Below, one piece after another: positions 1 to 6,965 of a stretch of DNA of 24,000 bases. Each line of letters opens with the position of its first letter. Position 1 is the first letter of the stretch. The notes beneath the pieces are model-generated. The model saw nothing but the letters and a program-made list of their open reading frames with translations. It made no database searches and was not told where the DNA came from. A program made the translations under genes and the position numbers. This DNA comes from Marinimicrobium sp. C6131 (GTDB lineage: Bacteria; Pseudomonadota; Gammaproteobacteria; Pseudomonadales; Cellvibrionaceae), in the NCBI RefSeq assembly GCF_026153455.1, contig NZ_CP110629.1, positions 4,042,217 through 4,066,216 on the forward strand. The letters are read 5' to 3'.

Positions 1-293
1 TCGTCTTCCAGGTCATCTTCCAACTCGTCTTCGATGTCATCATCCAGATCGTCCAGCTCGTCCTCGAGGTCTTCAAGCTCATCGTCGATGTCGTCGTCCA
101 GTTCATCGTCGATGTCGTCGTCCAGTTCATCCAGGTCGTCGTCATCAATCTGGGCCAGATAGAGTGTCTGGGAGGAGCTGGTGAAGGAAAAGGGCGAGTC
201 CGCCTGAACCGTTCCGGTACCCAATACAACGCCCAGCAGACTGGCGAGTAGCAGGCGAGGGCTGGGAAGGAGACCGTTTGCAGGCATGGTCAT
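1..293 (-). CDS. Secreted, extremely acidic repeat protein (N-terminal part only; ORF runs off the left edge)
   Basis: Minus-strand ATG at 293-291, with a second ATG at 287-285. I translated the frame codon by codon and found no stop down to base 1; it is missing from the ORF track only because it has no stop in the window. The N-terminus MTMPANGLLPSPRLLLASLLGVVLGTGTVQA/DSP looks like a Sec signal peptide. The rest is D/E with L/I every 3-4 residues (DDLDELDDDIDDELDDDIDDELEDLEDELDDLDDDIEDELEDDLED). Confidence 0.55.
   Translation of the reverse strand, partial: MTMPANGLLPSPRLLLASLLGVVLGTGTVQADSPFSFTSSSQTLYLAQIDDDDLDELDDDIDDELDDDIDDELEDLEDELDDLDDDIEDELEDDLED
79..132. repeat. Perfect 24-bp tandem repeat inside the acidic ORF
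   Basis: The unit tcatcgtcgatgtcgtcgtccagt occurs at 79-102 and again at 103-126, followed by a partial third copy (tcatcc). It encodes the reiterated LDDDIDDE octapeptide on the minus strand. Confidence 0.9.
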
Positions 294-365
294 GGGCTCG
301 ATTCACGTCGAAGGGGGGGAGCAGAATAGAGCAGGGACGACAGGTTTGGCAATCGATGGCAAAGT

Positions 366-391
366 GCCGGGCCCTTTCCCTGTGGCCCGGC
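366..391 (-). terminator. Candidate stem-loop terminator downstream of the lipoprotein gene
   Basis: Perfect 8-bp inverted repeat gccgggcc (366-373) / ggcccggc (384-391) with a 10-nt loop, about a dozen nt past the minus-strand stop at 405-407. There is no clean U tract, so this is only a candidate. Confidence 0.3.
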
Positions 392-404
392 GAGTGGTTA
401 CGCC

Positions 405-2111
405 TTATGACTCGGCGCTGTCATCATCGTCCTGATCGTCATCTTCCTGGTCATCATCGTCCTGATCGTCGTCTTCATCTTCATCGCTGTCATCGTCCGA
501 ATCGTCATCATCGTCACGATCGTAGGTGGTTTCGACGTCGTCATCCCAGTCGAACTCCACTTCCTCGGCAATCAGCAGACCGTCAGAGCAGGCGGCGGCA
601 TTGTCTTCGTCGCTCTCGGCTTCGATCACCGCACTGCCACTGAGGGTCGTGAAGAAGCTCGCCCGGCCGAGTATGCTGTCGTCGTCATCGCCAAAGGCGT
701 CATCGTCCACAATGCTGGCGGTATCGATGGTCACACCCAGGATGGTGAAGGTGCCGGCGGAGGCATCAATGCTGTCGGCGTCTACCGGGCCGCGCAGGGA
801 ACATTCCTGATCGTCCTCATCGTCATCGCGCTCGATCCGGGTCCAGGTAAGGGTGCCGTCCTCGGCGAAATAACCCCGGGCTTCAATACTGTCGCCCGCT
901 TGCAGCCGAGCCATGAAGTCTTCCGGGTTGAGGCGATCGCCGTCGTCCTCATCGTCGTCTTCCACCCGGCTCAGGCCGGTGGGGGTGACGGTCACGCCCA
1001 GGCGGGTGGTGAAACTGGTGGCGCCGACGGTTTCGACCCGATCGGAGATTTCCACATTGTTGTTCCACTCGCGCTTGATACCGTCGTCATCGGTGTCGAT
1101 TTCCAGGCGACCTTCCGCGTTGAAGGATCCCTCGATTTCCACCTTGACGCCCACCAGGCTGACCAGCGCACTGGCGTCTGCCATGGGAATCACCACCCCG
1201 TTGATGGTGACGCTGTTCGGGGTGCTGTCGGTATCGACGGCCTGAATGATGCCTTCGATTTCGAACTCACCTTCGCGCTCATCGTCATCGTCCCAGCGAT
1301 CGTCTTCGCGTTCGATTTTACTGGCCAGCAGACTGCCGTCGGCCTGAACCTCGCCTTCGACTTCTACAAACCAGCCGTTGCTGAGCTCACCGTCTTCGAT
1401 GTCATCGTCCAGGGCGGACAGGTCGTAATGAACCAGCAGATCCCGGATCATGAAGGTGCCATTGGTGGTGTCCAGATTGGCGATGACCCCTTTGACCTCC
1501 GCTTCGTTGTCATCGTCGTCGCTGTCGTCGTCATTCTGGTTGAGACGTTCCAGACGGGTGGCAATAAAGCCCTCTTCCGTCGGGAAGCCGCTGACCTCGA
1601 CCACCACGCGGCCCTGGCTGCTGTCCAGGTCGTTCAGGTCAATGCGTCCGTCCATATTGGCGTCGGCAATGTCGCTGCTCAATACCGTGTTCGCATCCAC
1701 GGTCACGGTCTGACCGAGTACCACCAGGGTGCCCTGGGTGGGGTCCTCGGCGTTGGGGGAGACAGAACTGACCGGCCCTTTCAGGTCTTTGTCGAACATC
1801 ACGCGGGTAGCGCGGCGGTCGTCTCCGTCCTGTTCTGCTTCGATCTCGACCCGCATGCCCAGGCGAAGATCGTCTTCGGACATGCGGCCTTCGCCTTCAA
1901 ACTCAATCTCGGCGTTGGCGGTGTCGTAGCGCACCCCGTTGACGTAAATGCTGCCAAACCCGGTAATGACACCGGAGGAGCTGACTTTGTCGCTTGAATT
2001 GTTGCCGCCGGGGTTGTTGGCGTTCGGGGCGGAATCACTGCTGCCGCCGCCGCAGCCTGTCAGAGCCAGAGCGATGGATGTGGCCAATGCACTTTTTTTC
2101 AGATGTTTCAT
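405..2111 (-). CDS. Hyper-acidic lipoprotein with about six DUF5666-like repeats and a poly-Asp C-terminal tail
   Basis: ATG at 2111 with GAAGAGG upstream. MKHLKKSALATSIALALTGC is a signal peptide plus lipobox (LTG/C). A recurring module (GVITGFGSIYVNGVRY, QGTLVVLGQTVTV, TNGTFMIRDLLVHY, PNSVTINGVVIPM, ATSFTTRLGVTVTP, SAGTFTILGVTIDT) matches the DUF5666 pattern as I remember it, separated by Asp/Glu runs. The tail is DDDDDSDDDSDEDEDDDQDDDDQEDDDQDDDD. Confidence 0.8.
   Translation of the reverse strand: MKHLKKSALATSIALALTGCGGGSSDSAPNANNPGGNNSSDKVSSSGVITGFGSIYVNGVRYDTANAEIEFEGEGRMSEDDLRLGMRVEIEAEQDGDDRRATRVMFDKDLKGPVSSVSPNAEDPTQGTLVVLGQTVTVDANTVLSSDIADANMDGRIDLNDLDSSQGRVVVEVSGFPTEEGFIATRLERLNQNDDDSDDDDNEAEVKGVIANLDTTNGTFMIRDLLVHYDLSALDDDIEDGELSNGWFVEVEGEVQADGSLLASKIEREDDRWDDDDEREGEFEIEGIIQAVDTDSTPNSVTINGVVIPMADASALVSLVGVKVEIEGSFNAEGRLEIDTDDDGIKREWNNNVEISDRVETVGATSFTTRLGVTVTPTGLSRVEDDDEDDGDRLNPEDFMARLQAGDSIEARGYFAEDGTLTWTRIERDDDEDDQECSLRGPVDADSIDASAGTFTILGVTIDTASIVDDDAFGDDDDSILGRASFFTTLSGSAVIEAESDEDNAAACSDGLLIAEEVEFDWDDDVETTYDRDDDDDSDDDSDEDEDDDQDDDDQEDDDQDDDDSAES
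421..470. repeat. 20-bp perfect direct repeat (period 30) encoding the poly-Asp tail
   Basis: tcatcatcgtcctgatcgtc at 421-440 and again at 451-470. It encodes the repeated DDQDDDD-type tail segment of the 405..2111 ORF. Confidence 0.85.
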
Positions 2112-2279
2112 GGCGAGACCTCTTCGTCGTTGATCGCATTACCAAGGCGGCGTGGCGCCACCTTTCCGTGTGTTTCATTAGCGACAACGCTTGGCGCCGG
2201 ATTTTATTCCCTCGAGACGGATCGGTTTCTCAAAATGTGCAGGGCGTCACACAATATTGGGGGTTGGTGATGGCTTCGC

Positions 2280-3059
2280 TCACAGAGGCTTGAGCGTCTG
2301 GGTCAGTTGGGTCTCATGATGCTCGCCCGGAATATCGGTTTTCCGCCAGCGTTGGCGCTCGCGGACGATCAGGTGACCATCCAATACCTGATAGTGTTGG
2401 GTGGACTCCTCCCGGTACTCGCCGCGGATGACAAACAGCAGGCTTCCTTTGGCATGAAGGTTGAGACGGCTGGCCAGGGGCATCCCGGCGTCGTCCACCC
2501 AGACTTCCAGGGTGGAGTGGAACTGTTTGACGTATTTTCGGGCTCGCTCGTCGAGCACCGTTTTGTCCCGGTCAAAGATCAGACGGCGGGCGGGCTGGCC
2601 CTGCCAGCGGTCGGTGACGAGGGTCCGAAAGCTCGAGCGTTGGATTTCCCGGCGCAGCGGGGCGGCGGCATTCAGAAGCGGGCGAACCTCGTTCAAGTCC
2701 AGGCGCCACATGAAATCAGTGGTGGGGGTGCGGGCATCCGGGTCCTCCAGTAGGCGGTTCGCTTCGGCATCGAGCCGATCCAGCAGTGGCCAGCCGTAGG
2801 TCACGCTGATGCCATCAGTGCCCCGGTTGATGACCGTGTTCACCGACACCTCGACTTCCTCCCGGTCGTCGCCTTTGCCCTCGGCACGCCAGAGCGCCGA
2901 TAACAGTTGTACGCGAACGGGGCGGTTGTGCTCCAGCTGGTCGAGGGTCTGGAGCAGGTCTTCCGGCTGCGAAGCGCTCGCGGGTAGCGCCATCAATAGA
3001 GCGGAGGTAAGCCCGCTCAGCGCAAGAGTGCGGCGCAGGAATCCGGAAAGCAGCGGCAT
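2280..3059 (-). CDS. Exported (periplasmic) hypothetical protein
   Basis: ATG at 3059 preceded by GAGGGA. MPLLSGFLRRTLALSGLTSALLMALPASA/SQP reads as a signal peptide. I recognised no family. I prefer it over the overlapping plus-strand ORFs because of the start context and the signal peptide. Confidence 0.65.
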   Translation of the reverse strand: MPLLSGFLRRTLALSGLTSALLMALPASASQPEDLLQTLDQLEHNRPVRVQLLSALWRAEGKGDDREEVEVSVNTVINRGTDGISVTYGWPLLDRLDAEANRLLEDPDARTPTTDFMWRLDLNEVRPLLNAAAPLRREIQRSSFRTLVTDRWQGQPARRLIFDRDKTVLDERARKYVKQFHSTLEVWVDDAGMPLASRLNLHAKGSLLFVIRGEYREESTQHYQVLDGHLIVRERQRWRKTDIPGEHHETQLTQTLKPL

Positions 3060-3152
3060 GTGTCATCCCTCAAAAACGGTCGTAGGTCGGTGAGTACTAT
3101 ACGACGCTTCGACTCCAAACCGTGAAGAAAGCTCCTTTGATATAGTGACGGT

Positions 3153-4577
3153 ATGAAAGACCTGATCCGCCAATTCGGTCGCCTGCGTCTGTTGGCGCTG
3201 GTGCTGACCTATCTGCCGCTGACCGCGGTTCCGGTGGCCGGCGTGGTCTGGCTCTGGCAAACGGGGTACCTGGCCTATTGGTTGTTGCTGTTGGCCATTT
3301 GCGGCGGCTGTGCGCTGATGCTCCAGCTGTGGCTGGCGCGCACCGACAAGCGCCGGATTCCGGACGCGCGCACCGGTCCCAGCGGCCACTGGTCCACGAC
3401 GGCCGAAGGCGCCTGGACCCAGGTGGAGGCTCTGGCGCAGAGCGCGGACCCCGCGGAATACGCCCTCAGCGACGGTTCCGCACTCTGGCTGCTTGGACAG
3501 CATGCGCTGGAGCGGGTGGCCGGGCACTTTTTCCCGGATAAGGAGCGGCCGCTGCTTGAGCTGACGGTACCCCACGCACTATTGATCATCGAGCGCGCCA
3601 GTCGTGAGTTGCGTCAGGAAATTGTGCATACGGTACCCTTCAGCCATCGCCTCAGCCTGGGCAACCTGGTGCGGGCCCGGCGCCTGCAACAGACCGCCAC
3701 GCGCTACCACAATGCGTTCCGCATGGGGCGGGCGCTGATCAGCCCGACGAGTGCACTGTACCAGGAGTTCAGCCGCGCCGTGGGTGGCCATATTCTGGAT
3801 TACGGCAGCGAGCGCATGCAGCGCTGGTTGCTGCAGGAATATGTGCGCAAAGTGGGGTTCTACGCTATTGAGCTGTACAGCGGAAACCTGTTGCTCAGCG
3901 GCGAGCTGACCGCCGGCACGGGGCAGCCGCTGCAGGTCCTGGTGCTCGGCCCGGCCGGCAGTGGTAAAACCAGCCTGCTCGAGGCACTGGCCGGCGGCCA
4001 GTCCGACATCAACCCGAACACCAGTGATAAGTGGATCAACGCCCACCGAATCACGTCACCGGTCTGGGGCGAGCTCGAACTGTGGGATACCCCGGCGTGG
4101 CCAAAGTTGCCTCGGCGCCGAGCGCGTGCGGCGGTGGCAGCGGCCGATCTCATCATCTGGGTCAGCGATGCCAGCGCCGAGGGTATGAAAGACGATGCCG
4201 AGCAACTGGCGCGACTGCAACGCTGGCTGGGGCGTCGCGCCGGACAGCCGGAACCGCCATTACTGGTGGCCCTGACGCACCTGGAGCAACAGGGAGAAAC
4301 CTTTTCCTTGGCGGCAGTGGCGGAGCAACTGTCGATTCCGGTCGAGCAGATCATTCCTCTCTCGCTGGCGGACCCACACTCTGAACAGGCCCGAGAGCCA
4401 TTACAGGCCGCCTTCAATCAATACTATGTCAAGGCGGAGCGGTGCCACTACTGGCGATACCTGAATCAGCGCCGCCAGGCGGAGAATCGAGAACTGTCGG
4501 GCCGTCAGTTGCGTGGTGCCGCCGGCACGGCATGGCGCGCGGCGCGTGGGCTGTTTCGTCAGGGGCCCAAGGGGTAG
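3153..4577 (+). CDS. Membrane-anchored P-loop GTPase-like protein
   Basis: 474-aa ORF. It has two N-terminal hydrophobic helices (LLALVLTYLPLTAVPVAGVVWLW and YLAYWLLLLAICGGCALMLQLWL). Motifs: Walker A/G1 GPAGSGKTS (about 3948-3974), G3-like LWDTPA, G4-like ALTHLE. This is a family-level call only. Confidence 0.7.
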   Translation: MKDLIRQFGRLRLLALVLTYLPLTAVPVAGVVWLWQTGYLAYWLLLLAICGGCALMLQLWLARTDKRRIPDARTGPSGHWSTTAEGAWTQVEALAQSADPAEYALSDGSALWLLGQHALERVAGHFFPDKERPLLELTVPHALLIIERASRELRQEIVHTVPFSHRLSLGNLVRARRLQQTATRYHNAFRMGRALISPTSALYQEFSRAVGGHILDYGSERMQRWLLQEYVRKVGFYAIELYSGNLLLSGELTAGTGQPLQVLVLGPAGSGKTSLLEALAGGQSDINPNTSDKWINAHRITSPVWGELELWDTPAWPKLPRRRARAAVAAADLIIWVSDASAEGMKDDAEQLARLQRWLGRRAGQPEPPLLVALTHLEQQGETFSLAAVAEQLSIPVEQIIPLSLADPHSEQAREPLQAAFNQYYVKAERCHYWRYLNQRRQAENRELSGRQLRGAAGTAWRAARGLFRQGPKG

Positions 4578-4580
4578 AGG

Positions 4581-4850
4581 TTATTCGTAATGGAAACGGC
4601 ACTGAATGATAAGCAAAGTGGCGTCGGGGCCTTCGCCTTTGAGCTTGTAAACCAGTCGGTGCTCCCGGTCGATACGTCGGGACCAGTAACCTTTCAGTCC
4701 GTGTTTTAGGGGCTCAGGTTTACCGCTGCCGTCAAAAGGGGTGCGCATCGTCTCCTGGATTAGCTTATTGATACGTTTTACCGTTTTCTTATCCGTTCCC
4801 TGCCAGTATTCGTACTCACTCCAGGCAGTCGATGTCCATGCCAAAATCAT
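4581..4850 (-). CDS. yoeB: YoeB/Txe-family type II toxin (ribosome-dependent mRNA interferase)
   Basis: 89 aa, co-linear by eye with E. coli YoeB (WSEYEYWQGTDKKTVKRINKLIQETMRTPFDGSGKPEPLKHGLKGYWSRRIDREHRLVY...CRFHY). Its ATG overlaps the upstream antitoxin stop (ATGA at 4847-4850). Confidence 0.95.
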   Translation of the reverse strand: MILAWTSTAWSEYEYWQGTDKKTVKRINKLIQETMRTPFDGSGKPEPLKHGLKGYWSRRIDREHRLVYKLKGEGPDATLLIIQCRFHYE

Positions 4851-5098
4851 TCAACCAGATTCCTCTGCACGATGTCGCCGCGCTCGGCCTCTTCCAAAGA
4901 GGTTTGAAGCGCCCGGGCATTGGCTGGCGTAGACAGGAGGTAGCTGGTTTCCTCATAGGACTGGAAGTCTTCCAGGCTCATCAGTACTGCTGACCGGTTC
5001 TTTGAGCGGCGAATGATTACGGGTGCGTGATCGTCATTGACCCGATCCATAAAGCTCGCCAATTTTTCCCGGAAGGCAGAGAAATTGATAATGTCCAT
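4847..5098 (-). CDS. yefM: YefM/Phd-family antitoxin
   Basis: MDIINFSAFREKLASFMDRVNDDHAPVIIRRSKNRSAVLMSLEDFQSYEETSYLLSTPANARAL matches the YefM pattern. I use the ATG at 5098 (AAGG about 9 nt upstream) rather than the track's TTG at 5119. That gives 83 aa, as in E. coli YefM. Confidence 0.93.
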   Translation of the reverse strand: MDIINFSAFREKLASFMDRVNDDHAPVIIRRSKNRSAVLMSLEDFQSYEETSYLLSTPANARALQTSLEEAERGDIVQRNLVE

Positions 5099-5125
5099 GG
5101 GCGGTACCTTAGTCAGCAATCAATT

Positions 5126-5147
5126 GATGTACGAAAAATTGTACACC
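5126..5147. promoter_or_regulatory. Putative yefM-yoeB operator (two GTAC-core motifs 12 bp centre to centre)
   Basis: TGTAC at 5128-5132 and TGTACA at 5140-5145, just upstream of the yefM start. The E. coli yefM-yoeB operator is described as two palindromes with TGTACA cores spaced 12 bp centre to centre. Confidence 0.55.
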
Positions 5148-5297
5148 TTTTGGCGGTGATAGGGCAATGGGTGCGTAGGGGCTGCTGGTGTCGACATTTA
5201 TTGCACTGAAAATTGCTCCTGCATTTTCAGCATTTCCGCCATCCATGGCGGGCAACCCCGACTGAGGGACTCCAGCGCTCTGAACCGAACCACCCAT

Positions 5298-5327
5298 AAA
5301 AAACCCCCAGATCTTGCGATCTGAGGG
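5298..5327 (-). terminator. Rho-independent terminator (minus strand), orphan
   Basis: The minus-strand RNA reads CCCUCAGAUC-GCAA-GAUCUGGGGG followed by UUUUUU. The stem is 5304-5313 / 5318-5327 with one G-U pair and a GNRA-type loop; the A run is 5298-5303 on the plus strand. No intact minus-strand gene lies immediately upstream of it. Confidence 0.65.
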
Positions 5328-5410
5328 TTGTTTATTGGTGGGCCTGGGGAAGCTGAAAAGAATCGATAACGTATTGTATTTTAAAGTGAAAATATTGGTT
5401 CAACTAATCT

Positions 5411-5432
5411 TTGGAATACCGCTTGGAATACC
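5411..5432. repeat. 10-bp perfect direct repeat, 2-bp spacer
   Basis: ttggaatacc at 5411-5420 and 5423-5432, in the AT-rich scar between the terminator and the integrase relic. Confidence 0.8.
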
Positions 5433-5441
5433 TGTCACTCC

Positions 5442-5799
5442 CGTGAACCGGCGGTTCAAGGTAACAATACTTTAAGCGGGGTGGGGGTGGCGCTAATGCC
5501 GTTTTTTAAGCTGGGATAGGGTTTCGAGTATGGCTTTGATGGTATCACGAGCTGAATTGCCGTCAAAATGGGATATGACAGCAATACGCCAGGCAAGAGC
5601 AAGGGAGTTGTTGACACCCCATCATTCCTGAATGAGGAGGGCTTCAACCGTGACGCTATTGGGCGCCGGCTTTCCCGTCAGGAGCGTAAGGGCGTCCGTG
5701 CGGCTTATTACTCATCAGACCGAGTACTTAACTGAGCGGGCCCGAATGATGCCTTGGTGGGCAGACTTTATTAATCAGGCCAAGAGCGAGCAGGCATGA
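5442..5799 (+). pseudogene. Tyrosine integrase relic (P4/CP4-57 type), C-terminal ~120 codons only, decayed
   Basis: The translation reads LSGVGVALMPFFKLG*GFEYGFDGITS*IAVKMGYDSNTPGKSKGVVDTPSFLNEEGFNRDAIGRRLSRQERKGVRAAYYSSD, then a frameshift near 5720, then EYLTERARMMPWWADFINQAKSEQA*. This follows the C-terminal layout of P4-like integrases (..EYVFPG.., ..MGYD.., ..LNE.GF..D.IE.QL.H.., ..RAAY.., ..ERR.MMQWWADYL). In-frame stops lie at 5517-5519 and 5553-5555. The HxxR region is unrecognisable and the whole N-terminal two thirds is missing. Confidence 0.65.
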
Positions 5800-5836
5800 G
5801 CTCCCCGGTCAGTTGCGGGTGCAGGTTTGGCGACAT

Positions 5837-6691
5837 TCATGCGTGAGAGGCTGCATTGTTGGAGGTACGATCAAATTCCTCTCTGATTAGCTCATCAAGT
5901 AGCTGATTTACCGATTTGCCACGTAAGGTAGCTAAATTGTTTAGCTTATCTTTTGTGGCAATTGGCAGGCGAAAGTTGCATTGCTTGGTATTTGTATTTT
6001 TGTCCCGAAACTTTTTTTGGCTCCAAGACTTCCTCATGTTGCTGACTAGCAGTTTCCTGCTGTCTGAATGGCATCGCCAGGTATCGAACCTGGTTAGAAC
6101 TTGAGCGTAAAGATCTTTCCTTGGGTCACGCTTCAATCCAAACCACCCTATCCTCTTTTCAGCAAGGTAATCCCAGGCCCATTGGCATTGTGTTTGGTTG
6201 GTTTTGCTTAACCATTTTAACTGGTGATCATAGGCTTTTATGTTTTGCCACGTTTCGGACAACCCTTTGATGGTTTGCTTCTTCACGGATAAATCTTCAT
6301 CCATCAAGTCAATTTTGCAAACAAAAGCAGCATTTGGACTTAAGGCTTCTGGAATTAGAGGGTTGTATAAATCATCCACGTTACTGCTGAACATTGAAAT
6401 CGATAGCCAATCAATAAGCCGCTGGTCTGCTTTTTCAATCCACCGAATGTCCGTTTCGGGTAGCAACATCTCAGCGTGACAGCGTCGCGCGATCTGGGAA
6501 GTTAGTAAGGGGTTGTCAGCCCTATTTAGGGCACCGTGAATCTCTTCGCGCTTCCCTTGGGTGCTCCCGAACTTGCTTGGATCAAGGCCTCCAATATTGT
6601 GTTGGAGCCAACCCCATAACCAATTAATGTCCCGCAGGCTTTTGATGTGCCGAATCTCTTCAGGGAGATTTAAATTAATGTTAACCGACAT
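5837..6691 (-). CDS. Hypothetical protein, AT-rich orphan with C-terminal ribbon-helix-helix-like segment
   Basis: 284-aa ORF in a visibly AT-rich tract. The C-terminus CNFRLPIATKDKLNNLATLRGKSVNQLLDELIREEF has the strand-helix-helix pattern of CopG/Arc/MetJ-type RHH domains. The Trp-rich N-terminal ~230 aa matches no family I know. It occupies the position and orientation of yfjH in E. coli CP4-57 (from memory). Confidence 0.7.
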   Translation of the reverse strand: MSVNINLNLPEEIRHIKSLRDINWLWGWLQHNIGGLDPSKFGSTQGKREEIHGALNRADNPLLTSQIARRCHAEMLLPETDIRWIEKADQRLIDWLSISMFSSNVDDLYNPLIPEALSPNAAFVCKIDLMDEDLSVKKQTIKGLSETWQNIKAYDHQLKWLSKTNQTQCQWAWDYLAEKRIGWFGLKRDPRKDLYAQVLTRFDTWRCHSDSRKLLVSNMRKSWSQKKFRDKNTNTKQCNFRLPIATKDKLNNLATLRGKSVNQLLDELIREEFDRTSNNAASHA

Positions 6692-6965
6692 AAGTGAATT
6701 AAAACCATAATTTATATTCTAAAAATGAATATATTACTAGTAGTGTATTAAGTGGTAATTTAAGCAGTATTAAAGAAGGTTATCAAGTAGTTTTAAAGCA
6801 CAATTTGAAGTTAATAAATTTATCTGAGAGGCCTATTAATACTGGCCTATAGAGAAAAGGTTCTTAGTGCTCAAGGAGTTTATAAATTTTTCCGCCGAAG
6901 AATATGCTTGTTGTTATTCCTTACTCACTCGGCACATCTCATGAACGGATCTATAGGAGTCCACC

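Noticed and set aside
526-2133. Long plus-strand ORFs (for example 900..1997 at 365 aa, and 526..810, 913..1245, 1450..1713, 1729..1929, 1948..2133) antisense to the acidic lipoprotein gene
   Set aside because: They are low-complexity mirror images of GAC/GAT/GAA-rich codons. They lack start context and recognisable motifs, whereas the minus-strand ORF has an RBS, a lipobox and repeated domain architecture.
3063-4417. Minus-strand ORFs (3063..3575, 3275..3589, 3579..4046, 3860..4417) antisense to the GTPase gene
   Set aside because: These are typical GC-rich antisense open frames with Arg/Ala/Gly/Pro-rich, motif-free translations. The plus-strand ORF carries TM helices and a Walker A motif.
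5333-5352. Possible tRNA gene on the minus strand ending in ..CCAGGCCCACCA next to the terminator
   Set aside because: I could not fold a T-arm or any cloverleaf from the adjacent bases. At best it is a short 3'-end remnant (discussed as a finding), not a tRNA gene.
5422-5429. Shared 8-mer cttggaat at 5422-5429 and 17022-17029 as possible att direct repeats flanking the whole accessory region
   Set aside because: An 8-bp match in 24 kb is expected by chance, and the flanking bases do not extend the match convincingly.
5456-5647. 63-aa minus-strand ORF
   Set aside because: It lies antisense within the integrase relic and has no RBS or motif. The plus strand shows integrase homology despite the stops.
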